A stretch of 63,469 bases of DNA, filler included, from Squatina squatina (lineage: Eukaryota): assembly GCA_031763465.1 (NCBI GenBank). It is 4 parts of 4 records of this genome, joined end to end, with 100 filler letters (N's around TTAATTAATTAA, not from the genome) between each part and the next. Parts side by side here need not be neighbours in the genome. Positions count along the whole stretch, not along the records: positions 29,732 to 50,134 come from JARFOE010000058.1; positions 50,235 to 63,469 come from JARFOE010000100.1; 2 more parts are not named here. One strand, given 5' to 3'. The notes below the pieces were generated by a model. That model saw only the letters and a list, made by a program, of their open reading frames with translations, did no database searches and had not been told where the DNA came from. Below, piece by piece: positions 39,894-51,470 of this stretch. The first letter of the stretch is position 1. Each line of letters starts with the position of its first letter. The position numbers and the translations under genes were made by a program.

Positions 39894-41069
39894 GTAAGTG
39901 CACCCCCAAAATACTGTTAGTTACTTGATGTTCATCAGTTATCACTTCTAAGAACAAGGAAGCACCATGGATTCAATAGCCTGTCCCATTTACCGTGCCT
40001 CCCTCTTGCCATTATCTCCATCTTTTTCTCTTCAGAGCGGCTGCTCAGCTCGTGAATGAAGGGAGACTGCTTTTTCCAAAATATTCCATGATTTAATATT
40101 GTAGGGACAATCTGATAGTGTTTTGAAAGTACATTTGAGTGGTATTGACATCTAAATTACAGCATCCTATTCAAAGCTTCATTTGGAAATACTTGTTAAT
40201 GCCTCTCCTTCCTCTTTCCCCTCTTTTTTTCCCCACCCTCCCTATATAGTACTGTAATACAGTAGTCTGATATATTAGTGCTCTCTACCATAATATTAAA
40301 ATGTTTCCATTAAAGAGCTATGATTCAGTCAATCGAATTGGGCTAGAGTCTGGGGCATGAAAGCAATTCTTGACATTATTATTAGTATATTCTAGATTAC
40401 TATGTTACTTTTCCCTTGGGACACAAACACAGTAGTCATGACCGAACTTTGCAATGAATAGTGATACGTATTATGGTTTTTAATTGGGACTGCTAATCAA
40501 AGGTGGCAATTTAAAAGAATCCATCAGGAAACCTTTATTGGGTTCTCGGTTTGAAATCAAATCACAGCAGTGATTCCTGGTGTTTTCCTCCACAGGAAAT
40601 TACATTGCTGTCTGATTCCAATAGCTAATAGAGCTTGTACATGATCTTGCACCATCATCTTGCACCATCATCAATAACTAAGGCACTGCCAGCAAATCTG
40701 TTTTTTTGCTTCTTTTCTGAAGTTCAGTGTTGAATTATGACCACTGCAGTGATTGTGTTTTCTCCTTCTGTCTTTGAATAAATTTGGCATTCCTATAGTG
40801 CAGCTTTTCAACAAGTGTAACTTTTAGGTTTATTTTCGAAGTATGCAATTATTTATTTATGTGAGAAAATACAGTAACTGTACATTACCAATTAAAAGTC
40901 AGTAATGAACCTCAGGACAAGAAAGAATACCAATATTTTGAGTAATAGAGGGCAGTGCACGAACTTGCAAAGGGGATTTCCCAATGAAGTCACCAAAATT
41001 TCAGTTATGGAGTTAGAAGTTACAGGACAGAAGGAGTTTGCTCTTCAACTGGAGCGGATTAGTACTACT

Positions 41070-41372
41070 GCAATAACAACTTGCATTTGTATAGTGCCCT
41101 TAAAGTAGACAAACGTCCCAAGGTGCTTCATAGGGATGTAATTGGACAAAGAAATTGACACCGAGCCAAAGAAGGAGACATTAGGGCAGGTGACCAAAGA
41201 CTTGGTCAAAGAGAGAGGTTTTAAGGAGCGTCTTAAAGAACACGAGAGAGGGGGAGAGGTTTAAAGATGTAATTCGAGAGCTTAGCGCCTAGACAGATGA
41301 AGGCACAGCTGCAAGTGGTGTGGCAAAGGGAGTGGGAGGCCAGAATTGGAGGAAGAGAGAGATCTCGGAGGG
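41070..41372 (-). mobile_element. L2 LINE 3' fragment
   Basis: Same tail and body as 2367-2700. Confidence 0.85.
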
Positions 41373-43332
41373 NNNNNNNNNNNNNNNNNNNNNNNNNNNN
41401 NNNNNNNNNNNNNNNNNNNNNNNNNNNNNNNNNNNNNNNNNNNNNNNNNNNNNNNNNNNNNNNNNNNNNNNNNNNNNNNNNNNNNNNNNNNTCCCATTTC
41501 TGTAAACTGCTGTTCTCATTGTAATGAGAATGGAATTGTACCATTTATAAAGGAAAAAAAACAAAAGCGTTGTTTTGGAACTAATAGGCCCGCTGTGTGT
41601 GTGATGTTCTAGGTAATGTATTGATTGCATACTTTACAATTGGTGCAATTTGGGAACAATTGAGCAAGATGCTTTAAGACGTCCCCCTTTTATATAAAAA
41701 TGACATTTGACTTTGCGTGCAGTGCTACGTGGCCCTACCTGAAACTTCACAGGCTGTGGTCAGTCCCAATTTTGTGCTTTGCTGAAATCCTAGTGACAAC
41801 CCTGAGCATTCTGTACTTTAAATGATCTTGTAACTAAGGTATATTTTCTTTTTTGTATGTTTAGTATGCTAAAATGTGTTTTGAAGTAATTAAAACAGGA
41901 TTAAATTTGTAAAGTCTTGAAGTCTTTTTTAGCTGTTTCATGTAAAAGGTATCCTACACCCATCTGCCTTTTTAGTAGTTTACCAAACTGAACTATAGAA
42001 TGACTTCAGGCATTTTGATTTGCAATTGAAAGTCCTAGATGCACATTCTTCCTCTGGACAGTACATATTGCAGGTAGAAATACTAAATTCTTTATAGGGA
42101 TGGTCTCTTAATCTATACTTATCCCCTGTTTTAGGCATAATTAATAGTTAACCTATTTGTGAACGACTCTGACCAGAAATGTACTACAGTGTACTCATCA
42201 AACAACGCACTCACATCAAATGTTCTATTGATGTGATCCAACAAAAATAGTTTAGGAAGGGAGTGGAATAAATCCTACAATCTAAGGAATGGCCAAGTTT
42301 GTTAGTTTTTTTTTCAGTTTCACTTTGTTGGTATATGAGCTGGAATAGAATCAGTACTGGACCTAAAATCTAGTATACAGTTACTGGAAATAAACAGGCT
42401 TTACTAAAGTAGCTAGATGATTTTTAACAATTGCACCCATGAGGCTCTGTTAATAAAAGTACCCCACCACTAACTGCTATAACATTGATATTCATAGGAT
42501 AAATTCTACATAGTACAAAATGCCAACAATGATGTAGCAAGTGCACATCAGCTTTTCAGTTACTAAGTATAAATGTCTCTATCTTGACTCTTCATACTTT
42601 NNNNNNNNNNNNNNNNNNNNNNNNNNNNNNNNNNNNNNNNNNNNNNNNNNNNNNNNNNNNNNNNNNNNNNNNNNNNNNNNNNNNNNNNNNNNNNNNNNNN
42701 CTTAAGTAAATTTTACTGTAAACACGGAACAACCAAAATCCCGGAGCAAACAGTATAAAAATCACTGTGATTGTAAGGAGAAATATGAGGCAGCTATTCT
42801 ATTCACACTGAGTCGATATACTGCTGCATTGAGTATATGTTGTTCTTTTAAATTATCATTCATCATAAAGAACTCAGGCAGTGAACCATTCCGCAGGGGC
42901 ATCATTCTTATTATGAAGGAGTTTGCTTGATGGACAGCTTGTGGCTTCTTCAAGACAAATTCTCTGAAACTCTTGTTTCCTGCTGTGTTGGTCCTCCAAC
43001 TGTTTTTGATGCTGGTGTAAATTTATCCAGAGGCACCAGTTTGCTCTCCTTCTCATCTTGTAGGGCACATTCAAAGATGCCAGGACGCATCTCTATTGTA
43101 CTGGAATGAGGCTTTGCTGAACCAATCTTTGTTCTTTTAGAAAGAAAGAATTGCATTTATATTGCGCCTTTCATGACCACCTGATGTCCCAAAGCGCTTT
43201 ACAGCCAATGAAGAACTTTTGGTGTGTAGTCANNNNNNNNNNNNNNNNNNNNNNNNNNNNNNNNNNNNNNNNNNNNNNNNNNNNNNNNNNNNNNNNNNNN
43301 NNNNNNNNNNNNNNNNNNNNNNNNNNNNNNNN

Positions 43333-43901
43333 CCACTGGAAGGAGCACCATGAGGAACTCCTCACCCAACACTCGGTCCTTGATGCCCGAGCCCTCGATT
43401 CCATCCCACAACACCCTTCCCGCCACCACCTCAGCACAACCTACACCCTACATGAGGTCGTAAAGGCCATCGGCAGCTGAAAAACAACAAGGCCTCCGCC
43501 GCAGATGGAATCCCTGCCGAAATACTAAAATACGGCGGTGAGGCATTTGTGGTACGAATCCATGACCTTACCTCCCTTATTTGGGAGGAGGAGAGCATGC
43601 CAGGAGATCCCAGAAACGCCATAATCATGACCAGCTTCAAGAAAGGAAAAAAGTCCAATTGCGGAAACTACAGAGGGGTCTCCCTGCTGTCTGCCATGGC
43701 AAGAATCCTCCTCAATCGCCTCCTGCCAGTAGCTGAAGAGCTCCTCCCTGAATCATAGTGTGGTTTCCGCCCATCTCGGGGTACAACAGACATGATTTTC
43801 AGCGTGACCCGAATCCAAGAAAAGTGCAGGTAGCAGCATCAACCTCTGTACAAGGCCTTCTTTGACCTTACAAAGGCCTTCGACTCTGTCAACTGGGAGG
43901 G
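43333..43901 (+). mobile_element. RTE LINE fragment (RT N-terminal part), decayed
   Basis: KGKKSNCGNYRGVSLLS, LLPES*CGFRP, AFFDLTKAFDSV. Confidence 0.9.
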
Positions 43902-44001
43902 NNNNNNNNNNNNNNNNNNNNNNNNNNNNNNNNNNNNNNNNNNNNNNNNNNNNNNNNNNNNNNNNNNNNNNNNNNNNNNNNNNNNNNNNNNNNNNNNNNN
44001 N

Positions 44002-45690
44002 GGCACTTGCGTGGTGCTGAAATACAGTGGAGAAGCAGTCTTGGCACGAATCCACGACCTCATCTCCCTTATCTGGAAGGAGGAGAGCATGCCAGGGATC
44101 TCAGAGACGCTGTAATCGTGTCCATCTTCAAGAAGAGAGACAAGTCCGATTGCAGAAACTACAGAGGGGTCTCCCTGTTGTCCACCACAGGGAAGGTCAC
44201 CAAGAATCCTCCTCAACCATCTCCCTCCAGTGGCTGAAGAGCTCCTCCTAGAGTCACAATGCGGATTCCACCCATTAAGAAGCACAATGGACATGATCTT
44301 CAGTACACGGCAAATCCAAGAAATGTGCAGAGAGCGGCATCAACCTCTGTACATGGCCGCCTTTGACTTCACAAAGGCCTTTGACTCTGTCAACCGGGAT
44401 GGATTATGGAGGGGTATTCTCAAATTTGGCTGCCCGCAAAAATTTGTCGCCATCCTCCACCTGCTCCACGATGACATGCAAACCGTGATCCTCACAAATG
44501 GGTCCACCACAGACCCAATACAAGCGCAAACTGGGGTCAAGCAAGGCTGTGTCATCGCCCCAACGCCCTACTCCATCTTCCTTACCGCAGCACTCCACCC
44601 CATCTCCATGAAGCTCCCCGCTGGAGTGGAGCTAATCTACAGGACGAGCGGAAAACTATTCAATCTCCGTCGCCTACAGTCCAGAACCAAGACCACCCAA
44701 CTTCTGTCATCGAGCGGCAGTATGCAGACAATGCTTGCAGAGGCTGAGCTCCAAACCATCTTCAATTCATTCACTGAGGCATACGAGAGAATGGACCTTA
44801 CGCTACACATTGAAAAACCAAAGGTCCTTTAGCAGCCTACTCCCGCCGCACAACACTGCCCCCCGACTATCAAGATCCACGTCGAGACCCTGGAAAATGT
44901 GGATCACCTTCCGTACCTTGGGAGCCTCCTGTCAGCGAGGGCAGACATAGATGATGAAACCCAACACCACCTCCAGTGTGCCAGTACAGCCTTCGGCCGC
45001 CTGAAGAAAAAAGTGTGTTTGAAGATAAAGACTTCAAACCAGGCACCAAGGTCACGGTCTACAGGGCAGCAGTGATACCCACCCTCCTGTATGTGTTTGA
45101 GACATGGACAATGTACAGCAGACACTTCAGAGCACTGGAGAAGTATCACCAACGTTGCCTCCGCAAAACCCTGCATATCCACTGGCAGGATAGGTGTACC
45201 AATGTTGGTGTCCTCTCTCAGGCCATCATCCCCGGCATTGAGACACTGGTCACACTCAATCAGCTGTGATGGGCAGGTCACATCGTCCGCATGTCTGATT
45301 CAAGACTCCCGAAACAAGCACTCTATTCCGAGCTTTGTCACGGCACGCGATTACCAGGAGGACAGAGGAAATGCTTCAAGGACGTCCTGAAAGTATGTAG
45401 CATTCTCACCGACTCATGGGAATCTCTGGCCCAAGACCGCCCGAACTGGAGGAGAAGCATCCATGAAGGCACCAGCCACTTCTAGCTTCTCCAGCGAGAA
45501 CACTTGGAGGCCAAGCGGAAGGAGCGTGCGAAAATCATAGCATCCCACCAATTCATCCTATCAAACGCCACCTGCCCCTGTGGTCGAGTTTGCGGATCCA
45601 GTATAGGACTATTTAATCACCTCAGATCTCACCGCTCCGGAGTGGAAACAAGTCATCCTTGACCCGAGGGACTGCCTAAGAAGAAGACGA
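44002..45690 (+). mobile_element. RTE LINE, RT domain to 3' end, decayed
   Basis: ESQCGFHPLRSTMDMIFS...FDFTKAFDSV...GVKQGCVIAP...SRLPKQALYSEL with frameshifts and stops; ends GAGGGACTGCCT(AAG)n. Confidence 0.93.
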
Positions 45691-46069
45691 CTTGCCACTT
45701 ATCAGCCCAAGTATGAATGTCGTCAGGTCTTGCATGCGGGCATAGACCACTTCATTTTCTGAGGACTTGTGAATGGAACTGAACACTGCAAACATCCCCA
45801 CTTATGATGGGGTGAAGGTCATTGATGAAGCAGCTGAAGGTTGTTTGGGCCTCGGACATTGTCCTGAGGAACTTCTGCAGCAATGTCTTAGGGCTGGGAT
45901 GATTGACCTCCAATAACCACAAACATCTTCCTTTGTGCTAGGTATGACTCCAGCCAGTGGAGAGTTTTCNNNNNNNNNNNNNNNNNNNNNNNNNNNNNNN
46001 NNNNNNNNNNNNNNNNNNNNNNNNNNNNNNNNNNNNNNNNNNNNNNNNNNNNNNNNNNNNNNNNNNNNN

Positions 46070-46420
46070 GAGGGTTGTGAGTCTTTGGAACTCCTTGCCA
46101 CAGAGGGCTGTGGGGGCTGAGACCTTGTGCATATTTAAGTCCGAGACAGGTAGATTTCTAATCAGTAAAGGAATCAAGGGTTATGGGGAGAAGGTGGACT
46201 TGAGAAATGTCGGATCAGCCATGATCCAATTGAATGGCAGAGCGGGCTCGACGGACCGAATGGCCTACTCCTGCTCCTACTTCTTATGGTCTATGGTCTA
46301 AGGGATATGGGGAGAAAGCAGGAACATGGAGTTGAAATAGAGGATCAGCCATGATCATATTGAATGGCGGAAAAGGCCCGAAGGGCCGAATGGCCTACTC
46401 CTGCTCCTATTTTCTATGTA
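46070..46420 (+). mobile_element. CR1 LINE 3' end followed by a second tail copy
   Basis: RVVSLWNSLPQRAV; GAATGGCCTACTCCTGCTCCTA occurs twice (46258 and 46388). Confidence 0.85.
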
Positions 46421-47780
46421 TTCAAATGGGTTTTCAGCAGAATAGATGAAAATGATATTCATATTGCAGGATTACGTTTTAAATAAGAAACCTTACGTTA
46501 ATACCTTGCTTTGTTAGACAAAAGTGTTATTTTTTATGATTTCATGATGAGAACTAAATACCACTCTACTTCTTGTAAGCCCTTGCAAATGCGTTGTTAC
46601 ATGATTTTAAAAAATGGCACACAGGACAAATGTTAATTTTGAAATGAATATTTTGCAATGTACTCAGTTCTGATTTCTGAACTGTGAAGCGAGTTGTTAA
46701 TGATCGTGTTGTTAGGCAGCTGAGCTGTTGAATTGACCTACTTTCGACGTAGCTTGCCAGCAGACAATCAACCTTTTTTTTTTGTATGGCTGGAGGAGGA
46801 TGGACTGAGACAGAATCCTTACAGGAGAATTGGATTGCACAAATGACCAGCCTTAATCTTTAGGCTTGCACAGTGTCATCTCTCTAAATCTCTGTTGGTG
46901 ATGAGAGGTTAAATGTATGGCTTGTTGGCATTCACTGTGGACCTCAATTATGTTTCATGTTTTTCTGTGAGGCTGAGGTGGATTATGTGGCTTAGAACTG
47001 TGAACCATCTTTAAGAATGGTAGCCAGCTACTGAACCCCAATAAAAGAGATTAAGTAAAAGGTATGTAATTGCTTGCATGTCAATTCCTTCTATGTTCTT
47101 AAGTATCGTGTAAAAGAAAGCACAACTTATCGGTGGATTCATTTTATCCATGCTTCTGAATAGGCTTCTTTGAGTGCTGTTAAATAATAAGTTCTTTCAG
47201 TTTATTTTCATTGCATGCATATGATATCAAGTCATTGCATTCTGTGTGACAACGCAAATTATTTTCTGCTGTATGTTTTACAGCTCAGAAAAAAAAATGA
47301 CTGTTTTTCTCTTAGTTAGAAAGACATGCAATTTGTAGCTGCATCAGTGTTTTAATACATATGTTTCACTATTATATNNNNNNNNNNNNNNNNNNNNNNN
47401 NNNNNNNNNNNNNNNNNNNNNNNNNNNNNNNNNNNNNNNNNNNNNNNNNNNNNNNNNNNNNNNNNNNNNNNNNNNNNAAAGAACAAACGGCACATTTCAG
47501 AACAAAACCTAGAGATCAGTGGAGTGGAAGAAGAGCGTTTCCATAAATTTCATAGATGGATTCAGTCAAACTGTATCGAAACGCTCCAATTAATGCCCAG
47601 TCTTGATGTGATCTTTTTCTTCTTCGCAAAATTTATTTTTCACCCAAAATTTGATGCATTGTAATCGGTGATGATATTTCCACATATCCAACACACCAAT
47701 CAGACGCACCATATTTGCTTGGGTCTTGTTTGAATTTATAACTTTTACCTAATGGTCTAAAAGATTTCCTTCTGTAAAAG

Positions 47781-47929
47781 GGCTTCACGCAACAAATCTG
47801 AGAAGAAACGAAGGGACCAGTTCAATGTACTCATCAAAGAGCTTAGTACCATGCTGCAGGGCTCCACACACAAGATGGACAAGTCGACGGTGCTGCAGAG
47901 GACAATTGATTTCCTACAGAAACAGAAAG
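47781..47929 (+). CDS. PASD1: CLOCK/NPAS2-family bHLH exon, probable PASD1 orthologue
   Basis: ttctgtaaaag| ... |gtaag; 149 bp, phase 2 to 1; (R)[54 protein letters not shown] family is clear; [15 protein letters not shown] differ from CLOCK and NPAS2, and position downstream of HMGB3 favours PASD1. Confidence 0.8.
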
Positions 47930-48424
47930 GTAAGAACATATACATTCCAAGGTCTGCTTTGACACTGGATATATTCTTCATTGGATTTCTCCCCATTGTA
48001 ACCCAAGCACCAATGTTCAGACCCGAAGGGCAGCTTACTGACTCTTTGTAAGCTTGCTTGCTGGAACCAATTCTATGCCTGTTGAATTCTTAGAGATCTT
48101 ACAACAGACTGGAAAATAAAGATGCGCCTAAGTGGCTAAGCTTTTGTGGGGTCAAGGCTCTACCATCTTACTAAAAACCAGATATCCTGAAATGGTGGAG
48201 ATTTAAACATTTAATAACAAAACTCAGTAATTATCTTTTCCCTTTCACAAGAGCTACAGCACCTTCTGAAGCCCTCACACTATTGCCATGACGACCTGCT
48301 CAGCCCCATCATCTAACTTTGGCACTAAATCTAATACTAAGGACAGAATTAAATCAAAGTAAGTCAAGTTTTTAAACATCCTGAACAAACCTGCTATATA
48401 ATTCTTACATCGCCAGAGATGTGT

Positions 48425-49210
48425 GCATAGAAATTTGATTGCATTTCGCCCGTTTTACCGGCATACAATGGGCACCTAAGGATCTAATTTGATTGTCGGC
48501 GCGCACACTCGCTCATTCCGTGCCAGAAGTATGCCACCTACTATATTGGATTGGGCGTCCAGGGTGCTCACTGGAAACATGTAAAAGGCTCATTATAATA
48601 TTTAAATAAGGGTCCCGTGCTATGTGATATTGGGCTGCCCCAGCATCTACTCATCACATGATAAACTTGATCAGCAACTCATAGCGCCAAGAGGCAGAAA
48701 GAACCCATCAGCAGCACTATTTAAAGTGCTCATTCCCTCCATACAGGTTAGTTGCTGGTTTGTTCTGTTAGGCTGCTAGTCAACTTTTGGGCCATGCTTT
48801 TGGTATTTTTTGCATTCCATGCTGGCTTGCAATTTTCTGGGAACAACTTTGTGCTGGTGCTGTCCACCTTAGAAATATTTTATTTCAGTCATGGGAGGTC
48901 TGAGGCTGATGTACAAGATGCAGCACTAAAGAAAACAGTAGTGGGCAGGAGCTCCTGAGAGAAGAGGCCACTGTGCAGGAAGCTCTACCCACGGTGGATC
49001 TTCAAGGAACATTATTCATACATCAATTGGACTGCGGAACAACATGTTAGGCACTTGCACTTCACAAAAGAGGCTGTAATGGAGCTCTGTCACCTGCTTC
49101 AACTGCAATTGGAACCCAAACCCTGGGCATAGACAGTGGCTGTCAAGGTAACCGTGGCCATTAACTTTTATGCCATGGGGTCATTGCAGGCTGCAGCAGG
49201 CGACATCAGC
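48425..49210 (+). mobile_element. PIF/Harbinger transposon 5' part with transposase fragment
   Basis: 48985-49210 reads YPRWIFKEHYSYINWTAEQHVRHLHFTKEAVMELCHLLQ...VAVKVTVAINFYAMGSLQAAAGDIS, HARBI1-like transposase N-terminus, with a stop. Confidence 0.85.
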
Positions 49211-49539
49211 NNNNNNNNNNNNNNNNNNNNNNNNNNNNNNNNNNNNNNNNNNNNNNNNNNNNNNNNNNNNNNNNNNNNNNNNNNNNNNNNNNNNNNNNNN
49301 NNNNNNNNNNTGGACATTGAATCCATACTCTCTAAAAAGAGTTCCTCTTGAATATGTTTATAGGACAACATTCAATCATTGTGTTAAAGTTAGAATTGCA
49401 TTGTTCATTGTGGAAAGATTTTTTTTTAAGTGATTGAAAATAAGATGGGGCAGATTCACTCTTTAATTTGTAAATAGGCCTCAGAGTAATCTGTTAATAT
49501 AACTTCAATATTAATAGCAGCTTTCCTTCCTTTTTCTAG

Positions 49540-49789
49540 ATCAAAATCAAATCNNNNNNNNNNGCCCCCATTAATTTGGGACGACGAGGATGACCCCGTG
49601 GCAGGCACGGTGAGGAAGAGTAAAAGGGGTCCACGGCTACGGGTGCCGTGGTCACTGCCTTACTCACCTCCGCTGCACCAGAAAGGGCCTCTGTTAGGTT
49701 CCATTTAGCCAGAGGCAGCTTAGATCCAAATGAACCCCTGATGTATGAATATGTGAAATTTGTAGGAAACTTTAGATTTCACAATCTTG
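49540..49789 (+). CDS. PASD1: PAS-A exon of the same gene, interrupted by a gap and a foreign insert
   Basis: tttttctag|AT CAA AAT CAA ATC (49540-49553), then HLARGSLDPNEPLMYEYVKFVGNFRFHNL|gtgag (49702-49789); aligns to CLOCK [32 protein letters not shown] with four codons unaccounted for. Confidence 0.75.
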
Positions 49790-50012
49790 GTGAGTTTAAA
49801 GTGCAGTACTTTACATGTCCTGCTCTTGTTAATAATTTCAAGATCAATGAGAGATCTAAAAAGGTTTAACTTGTAGGTCTTTTACTGAAACCATAATATA
49901 TTGAAATAAATATATTGTTGCACATTGTTTTACAAGCACGATCTTACTGTGTATGTAATAGTTGAAGCGAAGCAGTTATTCATGCTCTGAAAAGGCATTA
50001 TTGTCATTCCAG

Positions 50013-50131
50013 TGCCTATGTCTTCTTGTAATGGCTTTGAATCAGCCATTTCAAGGTCATTTAGATCTGAAGCAAAAGAACACGTCTGCCTTGTGGCTAC
50101 TGTGCGCCTCGTCATCCCACAGTTTTTAAAG
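50013..50131 (+). CDS. PASD1: PAS-A C-terminal/linker exon of the same gene
   Basis: cattccag| ... |gta; 119 bp, phase 1 to 0; (V)PMSSCNGFESAISRSFRSEAKEHVCLVATVRLVIPQFLK versus CLOCK NGFEG...VCFVATVRLATPQFIK; in frame with the previous exon. Confidence 0.82.
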
Positions 50132-50134
50132 GTA

Positions 50135-50234
50135 NNNNNNNNNNNNNNNNNNNNNNNNNNNNNNNNNNNNNNNNNNNNTTAATTAATTAANNNNNNNNNN
50201 NNNNNNNNNNNNNNNNNNNNNNNNNNNNNNNNNN
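50135..50234. other. Artificial scaffold-concatenation spacer
   Basis: 44 N + TTAATTAATTAA + 44 N. Confidence 0.95.
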
Positions 50235-51063
50235 TAGATATTTACCCTGCTCTTTATTTTTCATAGTATATCTTTATGGTGTTCTAGTATAATTGGTCAT
50301 TACACTGATGCAAACAAAAATGTAGTTTTAAGCTTTCACCACTTGGCTGGGCTGTTGCCCATTAATTTTAACTGAACACTGTTAAAGAAGCACAGAACTG
50401 TACTTCAAAGTAAAATCTCATCTGAAGCAATTATAGAAAAACACCTCATTACATCAAATTGTGTTTCTAAATAGCTGTTAGCGATTATTTAAAACTCACC
50501 ATGCAGTGATTATTTCTTAATTGGAGAAGACATTTCTGCATCGTTTCTGAAGCTGGGTGCTGAATTATGATGGCCCCGATTTTCCTCTCCCCTGTGCCTG
50601 GGCCCAAGTGCTATGCTGTGGGCCAGAAGTGTAATCAACCTGGGAGCACATGAACTCAGATGAGGGTACATCGAGTGGACGCGGACTGGATGCACAGAGT
50701 ACCTGTGATTAGGCACATACCTATTGGAGGAGCATGAGTTCTCATACACCTGCAAGGCCTTGAAGGCACCAAAACAGCTAGGTGACCATTGCGAGGAAGT
50801 GAAAGCACTGCGGGAGCAAACACTAGGGTCAGGGACTTTATCTTTTTGTGTATTAAATTATTTTGTCACTGCAGGTACTGTGTACAGTTAGTCTTTTGTT
50901 CGTGAGGCTCCTGTTTACAAAGTGATCTGTGGGAAAGTCCTCTTCCTGGACATAATTAGGCTTTTCTTGGCAATGTTGGGCATCAGCTTTATTGCTGTGG
51001 ACTAGGAAGATGGCAGAATGAATGGAAAGGGGAAAGATTCTTGGGTACTCAGGAGAATGTAGA

Positions 51064-51470
51064 AGAAGAAGGCTTGCATTTATACAGCACCTTTCACAAC
51101 CGCTGGACAGCCCAAAGCGCTTTACAGCCAAGGAAGTACTTTTTGAAGTGTAGTCATTGTTGTAATGTGGGAAATGCAGCAGCCACAAACAGCAATGTGG
51201 TACTGGCCAGATAATCTGTTTTAGTTATGTTGAGTGAGGGATAAATACTGACACCGGGGTCACTCCACTCTTCTACTTAGAAATAGTGCCATGGGATCTT
51301 TTACGTCCACCCGACAGAACAGATATGGCTTTGATTTAATGCCTCATCTGAAAGACGGCACCTCCGACAGTGCAGTGCTCCCTTAGTACTGCACTGGAGT
51401 GTCAGCCTAGATTTTTGTGCTCAAATCCCTGAAGTGTGACTTGAACCTCCAACCTTCTAATTCACGGCTG
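51064..51470 (-). mobile_element. DeuSINE (SacSINE1-like), near full length
   Basis: Reverse complement of the 56051-56500 family, including B-box and L2-type tail. Confidence 0.85.

Noticed and set aside
38662-39957. 330-430 aa ORFs in the track
   Set aside because: Almost entirely N-run translation; only the 140-bp HMGB3 exon is real.
41492-42600. Possible HMGB3 3' UTR with AATAAA signals
   Set aside because: Position fits, but the last coding exon and stop codon are in a gap, so it cannot be anchored.
42701-47377. Expected Mel1c/GPR50 and VMA21 exons between HMGB3 and PASD1
   Set aside because: None found; absence is uninformative given the gaps.
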